Position numbers and translations under genes: made by a program. DNA of 64,000 nt from an uncultured cyanobacterium (GTDB lineage: Bacteria; Cyanobacteriota; Cyanobacteriia; Cyanobacteriales; Nostocaceae): positions 3,040,001-3,104,000 of the forward strand of contig CAVUDP010000002.1 in the NCBI GenBank assembly GCA_963740315.1. Reading direction: 5' to 3'. A model generated the notes under the pieces. The model made no database searches and had not been told where the DNA came from. It saw only the letters and a list, made by a program, of their open reading frames with translations. This document shows positions 53,864 through 64,000 of the stretch, piece by piece. Numbering within the stretch: position 1 is the stretch's first letter; each line of letters begins with the position of its first letter.

Positions 53864-55249
53864 GTGTCTCAACTGCCTTCCCAACCAGCTAATAGTAATA
53901 GCAGTGCCCCAACAGATGTCACTCCAGTGGTGGCGCTCAAAGAACTTGTGGCACGGCTGCATCGGGAGCAGAACAAAATCCAAGACTTACTTTCGTCTTT
54001 AGGATTTGCTCTGAGAAGTTTCAATAACTTAAACCAGTTTTTGGAACTAATACCGCTGATGGCAACTAGGGTAACAGATGCCGATGGTAGCGTTTTGTTT
54101 CTCTACAAACCTAACGGTCAAATTCGGTTAGAACAGCTACACTGGCAAGATAGCCGCCAGCGTAAAAATATACGTAAGGCTTTAGAAGCAGCTAGCAGTC
54201 AAATTTCTCTGCCAACAAGTGCAACACCGCTAGCAACCACTACTGGTATGTTAGATGCTCAGATGCATCGTTGTTTGGGACCGGATATGCAAGCTTTTGG
54301 CACTACAATTCTGGTTAAAAACAAGGAACGTGGATGGCTGTACGTTTTAAGTAGAGACTGCGAATATACTTGGACGGAAACTAGGCAAAAGCTAGTACGT
54401 TTGGTAGCCGATCAAACCGCAGTCGCGATTGAAAATGATGAGTTAGGTGTAGAATTACGTAAAAAAGAACGCCTAGATCAAGAATTAGAAATTGGTGCAG
54501 AAATCCAACGGCGACTTTTGCCCCGTCAATGCCCGAATATTCCAGGTGTTGCTTTAGCCGCTCGCTGTAAACCAGCAAATCAGGTAGGTGGAGACTATTA
54601 CGATTTTATTCCTACAAACCATAACTTATTAATTAAAGGCGAAGGCGACGATGCGATCGCCAATCGCTGGGCGATGGTAATTGGGGATGTGATGGGTAAA
54701 GGCGTACCCGCTGGTTTAATCATGACAATGATGCGAGGAATGTTACGGGGTGAAGTGTTACACCTTAATTCCCCCGCCCGAATTCTGCAAAACCTGAATC
54801 GAGTTATGTATGCAGATTTGGACAATTCCAGCCGTTTTATCACCTTATTTTATTCGGAATACGACCCGCAAAAACGGCTTTTATCCTACAGTAATGCCGC
54901 GCACAATCCTCCTTTATGGTGGCACGCTGCAACAAAAAGCGTTAGTCGATTGGACACCAATGGAATGCTTATTGGTTTAGAAGCCCACAGTCAGTATGAG
55001 AATGGTCATGCATACTTAGAGGCAGGGGATACAATTATTTATTACACCGATGGATTAACTGATGCAGCTTCTCCTTCCGGCGAACGTTTTGATGAAGAAA
55101 ATTTAATTATTGCTTTTAGCAACGCCTGCAAGTATTCCAACCAACCGCAAGAGATTCTTGATTGTCTATTTAATCAAATTCAGCAATTCATTGGTGCAGA
55201 TAGACAAAATAACGATGATATGACGTTAGTTGTTTTGCAAGCACGATGA
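53864..55249 (+). CDS. GAF + PP2C/SpoIIE (RsbU-like) Ser/Thr phosphatase
   Basis: VGGDYYD, GDVMGKG, YTDGLTD, DDMT. Confidence 0.92.
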   Translation: MSQLPSQPANSNSSAPTDVTPVVALKELVARLHREQNKIQDLLSSLGFALRSFNNLNQFLELIPLMATRVTDADGSVLFLYKPNGQIRLEQLHWQDSRQRKNIRKALEAASSQISLPTSATPLATTTGMLDAQMHRCLGPDMQAFGTTILVKNKERGWLYVLSRDCEYTWTETRQKLVRLVADQTAVAIENDELGVELRKKERLDQELEIGAEIQRRLLPRQCPNIPGVALAARCKPANQVGGDYYDFIPTNHNLLIKGEGDDAIANRWAMVIGDVMGKGVPAGLIMTMMRGMLRGEVLHLNSPARILQNLNRVMYADLDNSSRFITLFYSEYDPQKRLLSYSNAAHNPPLWWHAATKSVSRLDTNGMLIGLEAHSQYENGHAYLEAGDTIIYYTDGLTDAASPSGERFDEENLIIAFSNACKYSNQPQEILDCLFNQIQQFIGADRQNNDDMTLVVLQAR

Positions 55250-55465
55250 ATTACTAAATAGTTGTTAGATGGTAGGTTGGGTTAGACAGGAAAATTAATT
55301 TGATTTGTAACTAGAAACTAAGTTAATCAATTGGAGTAACCCAACATTGCGACTAGTATTCGATTACATAATTTTTGATGGGTTGGTTTTCTCGTAAATG
55401 TCGGGAGACGTAGCAGTGCTACGTCTCTACAAACCGTCGCAATTAATGAAATGCGATACTAACAA

Positions 55466-56458
55466 CTAGAACACAACTGTTTTACCTTCTTTTTCTGCGT
55501 CTTTCTTTGTATAAGCAACACCGTCAATTTTGATACCTTGCTTATCAAGCAGGGTAATTGTACCGCCTTTACCTTCTAAAGAAATACTGTTCTTAACTAA
55601 AGGCACTTGCAATACTTCCCCTGGGTTGATTGCTCCATCTAAATGATGCTTGCGTTTATCGCGATCGGTAAGTGCCCATCCACTTAAATCCACTTTGTCT
55701 GCTGAAGTATTAATTAAGGTCACTGTTTCGGTATTACGGTTGCTACCGTAAGGATTGACTAAAGCAGCTAAAATGCGAATTTCGGCAGTACTTGCAGCAA
55801 GTAGCGAGTCTAATCTGTCACCATTTTTATCGTCGGTGTGGAAAGATTGCGATTGGAAAGTTAAGAAAACACCAACCCATTGTTCGCGGTTTGGATAGTG
55901 AATTAACAATCCGCCATCTTGCCAAACTCCGTTATCTTTTTGGAATTTACCTACACTACCTTGATTCATGTGGATGTCATGAATACCGTTACCGGGAAGA
56001 AAATCAAAATACTTGTCTTTAGTATCGCTTTCTGGTCCCCACTTTTCCCCAAAAGCATAGATAACAGCTTCTTCACTAGTTTGCGATCGCCCAACATATA
56101 GCTCAATTAACTCATTTAAATCGTTGTCGGGACCTGGAACATCGTGAGGTAAAGGTTTCATTTGAGTTGTATCAAACAAATTACCTCGAACGTAGTCTAA
56201 AGCAAGTCCACCGGGTTTTCGATCTAAATGATTAAACCCGTAATCCAATTTAAGCAAATCTTGAGTAATTGGATGGTCAAAATTATCGTCTACAAAATAA
56301 AGTAATTCCGAAGGACTCAGCTTTGATTTTACATTAACAGCGATGCGATGCTTTTCTGAGGAAGTATTGATAAGTACTTGGTAATGAGGATTATTACCGG
56401 AACCTAGTTTTCTATCAATAGCTTTACCTTTAAGAACACCGTAATTTTTTAAAGGCAT
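55466..56458 (-). CDS. DUF2278 (YukJ-like) protein with C-terminal lamin-tail-like domain
   Basis: YGVLKG, LDYVRG, GIHDIHMNQG, WQDGGL; ETVTLINTS..VDLSGWAL.D. Confidence 0.82.
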   Translation of the reverse strand: MPLKNYGVLKGKAIDRKLGSGNNPHYQVLINTSSEKHRIAVNVKSKLSPSELLYFVDDNFDHPITQDLLKLDYGFNHLDRKPGGLALDYVRGNLFDTTQMKPLPHDVPGPDNDLNELIELYVGRSQTSEEAVIYAFGEKWGPESDTKDKYFDFLPGNGIHDIHMNQGSVGKFQKDNGVWQDGGLLIHYPNREQWVGVFLTFQSQSFHTDDKNGDRLDSLLAASTAEIRILAALVNPYGSNRNTETVTLINTSADKVDLSGWALTDRDKRKHHLDGAINPGEVLQVPLVKNSISLEGKGGTITLLDKQGIKIDGVAYTKKDAEKEGKTVVF

Positions 56459-56656
56459 AGATGTCTCCTGATGACCTGTTATGAGCTTTTATGCCCAAAA
56501 CCTTCATTTGGTAATTGGGCAGTTGAGATGCGGAAATCACAGTTATAGCATCATTATTTTGATACATCCACTTTTGCAAAGATTTGTTTGCGATCGCTCG
56601 AAGTTAGGTAAAAATCCGGTTACTTTAATAATCGCTTCTTTGGAGCGTGACTATTT

Positions 56657-57274
56657 TTATCGACTTAACTCCAACAAACTTGGATACCCGTAAGAATTTG
56701 TAGCTTGTAAAGGAAAACTATCATAACTGCTAAATACTAAATTAGCCGTTGCTTGAAGATTTTCTTTTAGCTTACTATCTTCCCCAAAAGCTTCTAAAGC
56801 AATACTCCACCAAGTATTACCATTAATTACTATATTGGTAAGTTCTAAACTACAGCCGTTATTGATATCTATATCTGTCGAAACAGCTTTTGGCAATCTA
56901 GAGACGACAGTATAAAGTTGCGAGTAACGAACTTTTTCGACTTTTATCCATACAGGATTATCGCTAATTTGTTGAAGAGAAAAGCTTTCTTCACTAGAAT
57001 CCAAACATCGCCACTTTTTCCATTTTTCAATATTACCTTCTACTACAGAACCGAATTGCTTTTTATTAGAGTCGGGATAACGCCATTTGATTTCTAATAC
57101 CCCTTGACGCAATTTAATCCCTAAATAATCGCATTTTGGTGTGTAAAGATACACATCTTCTCGTTTTTCTGGTAACTTTGTCTGTGACACAAGACAATTG
57201 TGCTTAAACCAATATTCAATATTTTCGGGAATATTACCCGAGTAAAACCAGCGAACTTCATAAGTTGTCAGCAT
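56657..57274 (-). CDS. Hypothetical protein, possible CYTH-like fold
   Basis: N-terminal ExRW, REDVYL, GIKLRQGVLEIK, KVR, ELT, LEAF, SYGYP; start set at ATG 57274. Confidence 0.55.
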   Translation of the reverse strand: MLTTYEVRWFYSGNIPENIEYWFKHNCLVSQTKLPEKREDVYLYTPKCDYLGIKLRQGVLEIKWRYPDSNKKQFGSVVEGNIEKWKKWRCLDSSEESFSLQQISDNPVWIKVEKVRYSQLYTVVSRLPKAVSTDIDINNGCSLELTNIVINGNTWWSIALEAFGEDSKLKENLQATANLVFSSYDSFPLQATNSYGYPSLLELSR

Positions 57275-57344
57275 ACGTGGGACAATGAAACGAGAAATTA
57301 CCCTTACCGAGAGCATTATTTCCAGCCTAGAGGAACCAGAACAA

Positions 57345-57893
57345 ATGTGGAAACGAATTTCAGTTACTTTATTTTTAGTGTTTAGTTTGTGCCTGACAAA
57401 TATTGGTGCAGCAGCCGCCGCCGCACTTAATAGCTACGTTGACTCAACCGATGGCTATCAATTCTTATATCCTACTGGCTGGGTAGAAGTACAAATAGGC
57501 AACGGTCCCGATGTTGTTTTTCACGATATTATCGAAACAACAGAGAACGTTTCCGTAGTCATCAGTCCGGTTCCATCAGGTAAAACTTTAACAGAATTAG
57601 GTACCCCGACAGAAGTAGGATATAAGTTGGGAAAAAATGCTCTCGCTCCTGAAGGTTCTAATCGTACAGCAGAATTAGTCAATGCCGAAAAAAAAGAAGG
57701 CTCAGATGGTAAAACCTATTATTTATTAGAGTTTTTGGTAAAATTTCCCAACAGACGCGATCGCCACAATCTTGCTAGCGTTGCCGTCAGTCGTGGTAAG
57801 CTATTCACCTTCAATGCTTCAGTACCTCAAAGACGTTGGAATCGCATGAAACGAATGATTCAAGATTCTGTAGGTTCTTTCCGCGTCGATTAA
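57345..57893 (+). CDS. psbP: Photosystem II PsbP-like protein (CyanoP)
   Basis: Signal peptide, DGYQFLYPTGW, FHDIIE.TENVSVVI, GTPTEVG, RGKLFT. Confidence 0.9.
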   Translation: MWKRISVTLFLVFSLCLTNIGAAAAAALNSYVDSTDGYQFLYPTGWVEVQIGNGPDVVFHDIIETTENVSVVISPVPSGKTLTELGTPTEVGYKLGKNALAPEGSNRTAELVNAEKKEGSDGKTYYLLEFLVKFPNRRDRHNLASVAVSRGKLFTFNASVPQRRWNRMKRMIQDSVGSFRVD

Positions 57894-58061
57894 TCAGTTA
57901 GCAGTTAGCAGTTAGCAGTTAGCAGTTAGCAGTTAGCAGTTAGCAGTTAAGAGTTAAGAGTTAAGAATTTTAATTTCCCCTTGTCCCCTTGTCTCCCCAT
58001 CCCCCCATCCCCTCTACCCCCATCTCCCCCATCCCCCCATCCCCCATCCTTCTCTAAAAAT

Positions 58062-58655
58062 ATGGGCACTCCAACCTTTGTTTTAGCTTCTGCTTCAACT
58101 GCGCGTCGCCGTTTGCTGCAAAATGTTGGAATTCAACCTTTTGTTTGTCCCAGCGATTTTGATGAGTCGCAGATTCAACTTGATAATCCAGCGGAATTGG
58201 TGGAAAGTTTGGCTTTACGAAAGGCTGAAACTGTCGCACCACATTTTCAATCGGCTTTAGTTATGGGTTGCGATTCGGTTTTAGCTATTAATGGCGAAAT
58301 TCACGGTAAACCCGCTAATCCTGAAGTTGCTCGTCAGCGCTGGTTGATGATGCGAGGTAATTACGGCAAACTTTTTACTGGTCATGTTTTTGTTGATAAT
58401 ACGCAAAATCGTAATTTAGTCAAGCACGAGGTTACGAAAGTTTATTTTGCCACCGTTAGCGAACAAGAAATAGATGCTTATGTTGCTACCGAGGAACCTC
58501 TTAAATGTGCTGGTGCTTTTGCATTGGAAGGTAAAGGTTCTGTGTTTGTAAAGAAAATCGAAGGTTGTTACAGTAATGTAGTTGGTTTGAGTTTACCGTT
58601 GTTGCGGTTAATGTTATTGGAAATGGGGTATTCTATTACTGATTTTTGGAGATGA
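58062..58655 (+). CDS. maf: Maf-family nucleotide pyrophosphatase
   Basis: [29 protein letters not shown]; the upstream Pro-rich extension is STRR DNA. Confidence 0.93.
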   Translation: MGTPTFVLASASTARRRLLQNVGIQPFVCPSDFDESQIQLDNPAELVESLALRKAETVAPHFQSALVMGCDSVLAINGEIHGKPANPEVARQRWLMMRGNYGKLFTGHVFVDNTQNRNLVKHEVTKVYFATVSEQEIDAYVATEEPLKCAGAFALEGKGSVFVKKIEGCYSNVVGLSLPLLRLMLLEMGYSITDFWR

Positions 58656-58661
58656 GACGAA

Positions 58662-59681
58662 TTAAGGGCGCGTGGTGACAACAATTTTCCCTACTTGTTG
58701 GTTAGATGACCTATAGCGATGGGCATCTGCGACTTGCTCAAGTGGGAATGTCTCGGCAATTACGGGTTTAAGCGAACCATCTTTAAGCTTGTTAATGATA
58801 AATGCTTTGGCTCGCTCAACAGCTTCGGGCTGCACTGGCAAATCCAAAATTGGTAGCCCAGTGAAATCAAAGACTTTATAAGGATAAATCCGCGCTCCCT
58901 TAATTAACAGCGGAAACAGCGGCAAGGTGATGGGGGACAAATCCAGCGCTCCATAGAGAACAATTGCTCCAGTCGGGGAAATTATCTGAGCAAACGCATC
59001 CAGCATTCCCCCAGCAATTGGGTCATAGATAACTTCAACACCTTTAGCATCAGTGATATCGCGGACAGATTCGACTAAATCCTCTTCTTGAGTGACGATT
59101 ACGCGATCGGCACCCAAATCAATAAGCTGTTGTTTCTTTGCGGATGTACGTGTGGTAGCAATTACCGTAGCTCCTACAGCTTTTGCCAGACCGATCGCTG
59201 CTACGCCCGTGCTGCTGCTAGCGGCGGTAATAAAAATGCGATCGCCTGCTTTGAGTCGTCCGTGTTCAAACAGCGCAAAGTAGCCTGTCATGTACTGTAC
59301 GCCTGTAGTTGCAGCTTCTTCTGAAGAAAGGCGATCGGGATATTGCAGTACGGCATGAGCGGGGACAATTGCCCACTCACCATACACTCCATAGTCTCCT
59401 TGATTGAAGGCAGGATAAGTTGAAACGCGATCGCTAAAAGCAATATTTGTTACTCCTTCACCTACTGCATCGATAATTCCTGCTGCATCATAACCAATCC
59501 GAGATGGTAACGAAGGAGGATGAATGTATTGGTTTTCGCGAAAATAAACTTCGGCTCGGTTTAAAGCAAAAGCTTGTACTTTTATACGAACTTCACCAAA
59601 ACCGGGTTCTTGTACGGAAACGTCTTCGAGTTGCAGAACGCTGGCATCACCAGGTTTATGAAAACGAACGATTTTAGCCAT
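58662..59681 (-). CDS. MDR-family quinone oxidoreductase / zinc-independent ADH-like
   Basis: ALNRAE, IGYDAAG, ITAASSSTG, GKIVV. Confidence 0.9.
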   Translation of the reverse strand: MAKIVRFHKPGDASVLQLEDVSVQEPGFGEVRIKVQAFALNRAEVYFRENQYIHPPSLPSRIGYDAAGIIDAVGEGVTNIAFSDRVSTYPAFNQGDYGVYGEWAIVPAHAVLQYPDRLSSEEAATTGVQYMTGYFALFEHGRLKAGDRIFITAASSSTGVAAIGLAKAVGATVIATTRTSAKKQQLIDLGADRVIVTQEEDLVESVRDITDAKGVEVIYDPIAGGMLDAFAQIISPTGAIVLYGALDLSPITLPLFPLLIKGARIYPYKVFDFTGLPILDLPVQPEAVERAKAFIINKLKDGSLKPVIAETFPLEQVADAHRYRSSNQQVGKIVVTTRP

Positions 59682-59733
59682 GAGATTAAGTCCTTAATCT
59701 ATCGTAATGTAGTTTGTGTTAACTAACTCTGTC

Positions 59734-60237
59734 TTAGAGCGCAAACTTGCTAGGTTCTTCCCCGCGAATGATGGGTTCTGGTAAAAAGTTTTGAGGATAA
59801 TGCATTCCTCGTTCGCGAATTAAATACATAGTTAAATCCATCGTGTGATCTGCAACCCAAAAGCGCGTCACTTTTCCATCAGTAATCCAGAGAATGAAGT
59901 ATTCAATTGATGTACCAGAACGACTAGTAGGTTCGAGGTGAAAAAATTGCTTGTCATGCTTCCAATTCAAATTGACAGCAATGGTGGCACGATTAACGCC
60001 ATATATTTCATCTACAAGATCGAGTCGGGGTTGAAATCCAGAGTGGAATTGGGCTGCCCATCCTTTGAGGGCTTCTAAACCAGTCATAGGCATAGTACCA
60101 ACGCTGCTACGTACCTCTACATCATTCGTAACAACTTCATCCCAAAGGTCTAAATTACGTTCGTTAAAGCCTTTATAGATTTGACGGGCAATGCGTTCGG
60201 ATTGGGAAATAGCATCGAAGGTTTGCTGCGGATTCAT
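59734..60237 (-). CDS. SnoaL/NTF2-like (ester cyclase family) protein
   Basis: YKGFNERNLDLWDEVV, FFHLEPTSRS, DGKVTRFW. Confidence 0.75.
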   Translation of the reverse strand: MNPQQTFDAISQSERIARQIYKGFNERNLDLWDEVVTNDVEVRSSVGTMPMTGLEALKGWAAQFHSGFQPRLDLVDEIYGVNRATIAVNLNWKHDKQFFHLEPTSRSGTSIEYFILWITDGKVTRFWVADHTMDLTMYLIRERGMHYPQNFLPEPIIRGEEPSKFAL

Positions 60238-60354
60238 GGTTTAATTCTCCTTGAAAAATCTTTTTTTATTTCTAAATACAGAATAATTTCAAAGTAAATT
60301 AAGATAAATAGTTTATAAGTTGATTCATTATTTACTTTTTTTCACTAATAGCTG

Positions 60355-61275
60355 ATGAAGAGTTTAAGCAATATCACAACATTTATCCGAGTTGCTCAAA
60401 CTCGAAGCTTTGCCGAAGCTGCTAACCAATTAGGTCTTTCTCCACCTGCAACCAGTAAAGCAGTAGCCAAATTAGAAGAAGAATTGGGAGTTAAATTACT
60501 GCATCGAACTACAAGAAGCGTTAGTTTAACTGCTGAAGGAGAAAGATTTTACGAAGTTGCTCAAAAATTTCTTGAGGAAATGGAAGCTGTTGCTCAAGAG
60601 TTAAAAGATAGCTCTTGTGAACCACAAGGAAGATTGAAAATTAGTGTGCCTGCTGCTTTCGGTCGAATGTGGGGGACAAAAATTATTTCCAAGTTTCTTC
60701 GAGTTTATCCCCAAATATCAGTAGAACTTTCCCTTGATGATAAAGATGTAGATTTAGCTGCTGAAGGTGTTGATGTGGCAATTCGCGTAGGGGCTTTAGC
60801 TGATAGTGCGAATTTGATGGCAAGAAGATTATTTGTCGATCCTTTAATTACCTGTGCAACTCCTGAATATCTTGATTTGTATGGAAAACCAAAACATCCG
60901 TCGGAGTTAGAAAAACACAACTGCTTAAACTTCCGCAATCGAAACACAGGTCGTTTAATGCCTTGGTTTTTTACTATTAACGAACAGGTTGAACGCAGAA
61001 TTTTTGAAGGCAGATTAATTATTGACGATGGGGAAGCAGTAGGACAAACTGCGATATTGGGAATAGGGATTAGTCAGATGCCCGGATTTATGGCAATTAA
61101 TGCTCTGCAACAAGGGATTTTAGAAGAGATTTTAGTTGATTATAGACCGCAGGAAGTACCTTTTACCGCACTTTATCTAGATAGACGATTGGTTTCACCA
61201 CGCATTCAAGCTTTTATTGATTTTATGGTTGAACGAGGAGGTGTTTGGGACAAATACATTAGTAAGCATGGATAA
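60355..61275 (+). CDS. LysR-family transcriptional regulator
   Basis: SFAEAANQLGLSPPATSKAVAKLEEELGVKLLHRTTR; DVAIRVG. Confidence 0.95.
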   Translation: MKSLSNITTFIRVAQTRSFAEAANQLGLSPPATSKAVAKLEEELGVKLLHRTTRSVSLTAEGERFYEVAQKFLEEMEAVAQELKDSSCEPQGRLKISVPAAFGRMWGTKIISKFLRVYPQISVELSLDDKDVDLAAEGVDVAIRVGALADSANLMARRLFVDPLITCATPEYLDLYGKPKHPSELEKHNCLNFRNRNTGRLMPWFFTINEQVERRIFEGRLIIDDGEAVGQTAILGIGISQMPGFMAINALQQGILEEILVDYRPQEVPFTALYLDRRLVSPRIQAFIDFMVERGGVWDKYISKHG

Positions 61276-61428
61276 TATATTTGATTAAACGCTTTTTTTA
61301 ATTCACTCAAATCTTGACAGTACAAGTATTTCATAGAATAAAATAACCATAATTTTTTTTAGGGGGCTATGCGTAAGTCCTAAAAAAAGATAATTTGGGA
61401 ATTTAGGAAAAATCATTTTTTATAATTA

Positions 61429-62583
61429 ATGCTCCCTATTATTTCTACAATTCCTTTGCGTCAAATGGCTTCTGGTGATATTTTATCGCTACAAGTTTAC
61501 AAATTTATTGGCGCAAGTGCTGGCAAAAAAGTTTACATTCAATCAAACCTTCATGGTGCAGAAATTGTGGGGAATGCTGTTATTCATCAGTTGATTGAGT
61601 TCTTATGGACGTTAGATAATACGGATTTAATTGGAGAAATTTGGCTGCTTCCGGTTTGCAATCCAATAGGAACTAATCAACGCTCTCATCATTTCTCTTC
61701 TGGAAGATATTGTGCTTATGAAGCAAAAGATTGGAACCGTATTTTTTGGGATTATTCCAAGGATATATCTAAAAATGGTAAAAACGGTGAAAATCAATTA
61801 TTAGCATTCGCAAAATCTCAGCTTGATTTGGATTCAGAAGAGATTAGGAAGAATTTTATTGATATAATCAAGCAGCAATTTGTCAAGCTTTCAGATAAAA
61901 TTAATTCTGATAGTGGGGCACCATATACCGAAAAGTTTAGCTACAAATTACAATCTTTGAGTTTAGATGCAGATTACTCGATCGATATTCATAGTTCGAC
62001 AAATCAAGGCTTAAACTATCTTTATTACTTCGGCGATCGCGAAGAAAGTGCTAAATATTTTCTGCTCGATTTTGGTATTTTACTTGATGAATATGACGGA
62101 GATGCTTTTGACGAAGCTTTTATTAAACCTTGGTTAGCGCTTGAAGAGTGTTTTGTGCAGCTAGGTAAAACGGTAAAATTCGACGTGGAAGCTTGGACGC
62201 TCGAACTTGGAAGAGGAATGGAAATGATTCCCGATTCAGTTACAAAAGGTGTTCGAGGCATAAAAAACTATTTAAAACAGAAGGGTGTTTTATCGAAGGA
62301 TTTTAAATTGGACGATCTTCCACAACGAAATCATCAGATGAATTTTAAAACTAAAAGTAAAGTTACAAAATACTACGCACCAGTTGGTGGAATGATTAAT
62401 TCAAGAATTATACTTGGAGCGGAAGTAAAAGCAGGTGAACAACTTTATCAAATTCTTAGTTTTAATAAACAAGGGAAGTTACCTACAACAGTAGATATTT
62501 TTGCCGATCGAGATGGATTTGTGTATGATGTCTCTGTTAATCAATCGGTAAATGAAGGTGAGTTTGTATTGGGAATTATTTAA
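61429..62583 (+). CDS. Succinylglutamate desuccinylase/aspartoacylase (M14-like) family protein
   Basis: HGAE, NPIG, DWNRIF, IDIHS, LELG. Confidence 0.9.
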   Translation: MLPIISTIPLRQMASGDILSLQVYKFIGASAGKKVYIQSNLHGAEIVGNAVIHQLIEFLWTLDNTDLIGEIWLLPVCNPIGTNQRSHHFSSGRYCAYEAKDWNRIFWDYSKDISKNGKNGENQLLAFAKSQLDLDSEEIRKNFIDIIKQQFVKLSDKINSDSGAPYTEKFSYKLQSLSLDADYSIDIHSSTNQGLNYLYYFGDREESAKYFLLDFGILLDEYDGDAFDEAFIKPWLALEECFVQLGKTVKFDVEAWTLELGRGMEMIPDSVTKGVRGIKNYLKQKGVLSKDFKLDDLPQRNHQMNFKTKSKVTKYYAPVGGMINSRIILGAEVKAGEQLYQILSFNKQGKLPTTVDIFADRDGFVYDVSVNQSVNEGEFVLGII

Positions 62584-62625
62584 TATAGGGAATAGGGCAT
62601 GGGGTATTGGGCATTGGGCTGGCAA

Positions 62626-63489
62626 TTATAGCCGCTTTGGCGGCCAGCCTTCAGACGACCAAGGTCTAGATTCGCCATACTTCCGCATATTCCGTTCATG
62701 TTTATAGTCAAAATATGCTGAGACAATACTTACGTATTTGCCTTTATGAAACTTCCACTTCGGAAGGTCATCCAAAGCTTCAATAAATATATCTCCTGTC
62801 ATTGACAAATCATAGCCGTGAAAGTATAGCGTGAGCGCAACATCATAAACACGAAACATCAAACGTCCAATTTTTCGTAACTCTTCGGCAGTCTCAAATC
62901 CAAGTGAACGTCCCTTCTCAACCATGTCTAACCGCTCCTCAATCTGCCTGCGAGAAACGTGAACATAAGCACAACAATCTCGGTAAATATCGTATAGTTC
63001 ATCAACAAACTGCTTTGCATCATCTGGATGAAGTGCAGCTAGCTTTAACTCTTCTCTCACATCAATTGAAGAATTAACATTTGTCTGTAGGAAAGCTAGA
63101 CGTTCTGTTAACTTTGCAAGAGCCTCTATACCTTCCGTGTGTTGATCAACATAAAGATATTTAACTGAACTTTCAATGATATATCGCAGTTCTCTCTTAA
63201 CTGGATTGATCATCGCTTGTTGTACTAAATGCCATGCAGCCAAGACAGATTGAGCCAAATCATCTGTAGAACGAATAGTTAACGAATTTTGAGAATAATC
63301 ACCTGCCCGACTACTATACATTAAGCAAAGGCGGAGCAAAATGATAATATCGCTAGTTATCCTTTCGATAAACTTTAGCTCGCTTTGATAAGCAGGTGAT
63401 GCGACTAACTCTTGTTGAGTCTTGACCTTAGCAGCGTGTTCTGCCTTTTTCTGCTCAAAATACTCTTGGAGTGGATCCGATTCAGACAT
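62626..63489 (-). CDS. Hypothetical helical protein (possible HEPN-like)
   Basis: Long ORF; RELRYIIE and YRDCCAYVH segments; start set at ATG 63489. Confidence 0.6.
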   Translation of the reverse strand: MSESDPLQEYFEQKKAEHAAKVKTQQELVASPAYQSELKFIERITSDIIILLRLCLMYSSRAGDYSQNSLTIRSTDDLAQSVLAAWHLVQQAMINPVKRELRYIIESSVKYLYVDQHTEGIEALAKLTERLAFLQTNVNSSIDVREELKLAALHPDDAKQFVDELYDIYRDCCAYVHVSRRQIEERLDMVEKGRSLGFETAEELRKIGRLMFRVYDVALTLYFHGYDLSMTGDIFIEALDDLPKWKFHKGKYVSIVSAYFDYKHERNMRKYGESRPWSSEGWPPKRL

Positions 63490-63778
63490 TCCTAAAATCT
63501 CAATTAAGTTCACTTGATAGTAGATCAAGCGAAGGGTAACTAGCAGAGCTGCCTAAGTATTTATTATACGCAAGCTTCCCGTATAATCTTTTTCCATATC
63601 CAAATATATCGAGCATTATAAGTATTTCCTTTCTGAATATACGGAAAACTAAATATTTAGCAATTGGGGTTGTTTTTAACCGTGATGGTGAAGCTGTCCG
63701 CAATCTCCTCGATTTAAAAAAAATCCCATTCCCCAAAATAATCTAAACTCAAAGTGTCCGCTAACTGCAAATATCCTC

Positions 63779-64000
63779 ATGTCTCGCTGGTTTAATATTG
63801 CTGGTCCTTGTAAAGCAGAAAAACACTATATGCTACCACCCACAAGTCGGCTACCTGACTTGTCTATGTTAATAGAGCAAGAAAGTTATTTTGTCGTTCA
63901 CGCACCTCGTCAAACAGGTAAAACAACGGCAATGCTAGCCCTAGCCCAACAGCTAACCGAAAGTGAACGTTACGGGGCGGTGATGGTATCGGTAGAAGTG
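63779..64000 (+). CDS. AAA-like P-loop ATPase, N-terminal part (runs off the window end)
   Basis: Manual translation MSRWFNIAGPCKAEKHYMLPP...YFVVHAPRQTGKTTAM (Walker A). Confidence 0.85.
   Translation, partial: MSRWFNIAGPCKAEKHYMLPPTSRLPDLSMLIEQESYFVVHAPRQTGKTTAMLALAQQLTESERYGAVMVSVEV

Noticed and set aside
57981..58061. Pro-rich N-terminal extension of Maf
   Set aside because: Read-through of CCCCAT-type STRR DNA from a TTG; the family-like sequence starts at ATG 58062

Overview
64 kb of chromosome from a filamentous, probably heterocyst-forming cyanobacterium (Nostocales-like; inferred from abundant HIP1 GCGATCGC sites, 7-9-mer STRR repeats, psbP, xisI and an hps locus). The backbone is housekeeping: ribE, metH, ribBA, argC-like, eno, porin, clpB, htpG, rpmB, nusB, ftsY, a PP2C phosphatase, psbP and maf. 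It also carries a rearranged hormogonium-polysaccharide/pseudopilin (hps) cluster. Best candidates for a second look: (1) a three-gene accessory cassette at 3960-6956 encoding a divergent thymidylate-synthase-fold protein, a HhH-fold protein of the phage thymidine-hypermodification (aGPT-Pplase1-like) family and a MazG/MazG-C pyrophosphatase, i.e. a candidate cellular base-modification or anti-phage system; (2) a protein-less IscB omegaRNA/HEARO-type element at 49327-49670 that ends exactly at an ATGA which is also the first ATG of the DUF502-nusB-ftsY unit; (3) a Y1/HUH transposase bracketed by REPIN-like palindrome pairs, plus several dispersed GTAG-footed hairpin families; (4) an argC homologue with Ser at the catalytic Cys position; (5) an RHH-DUF6888-DUF6887 mini-operon between 74-bp direct repeats. 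All family assignments come from motif recognition by eye; no searches were run.
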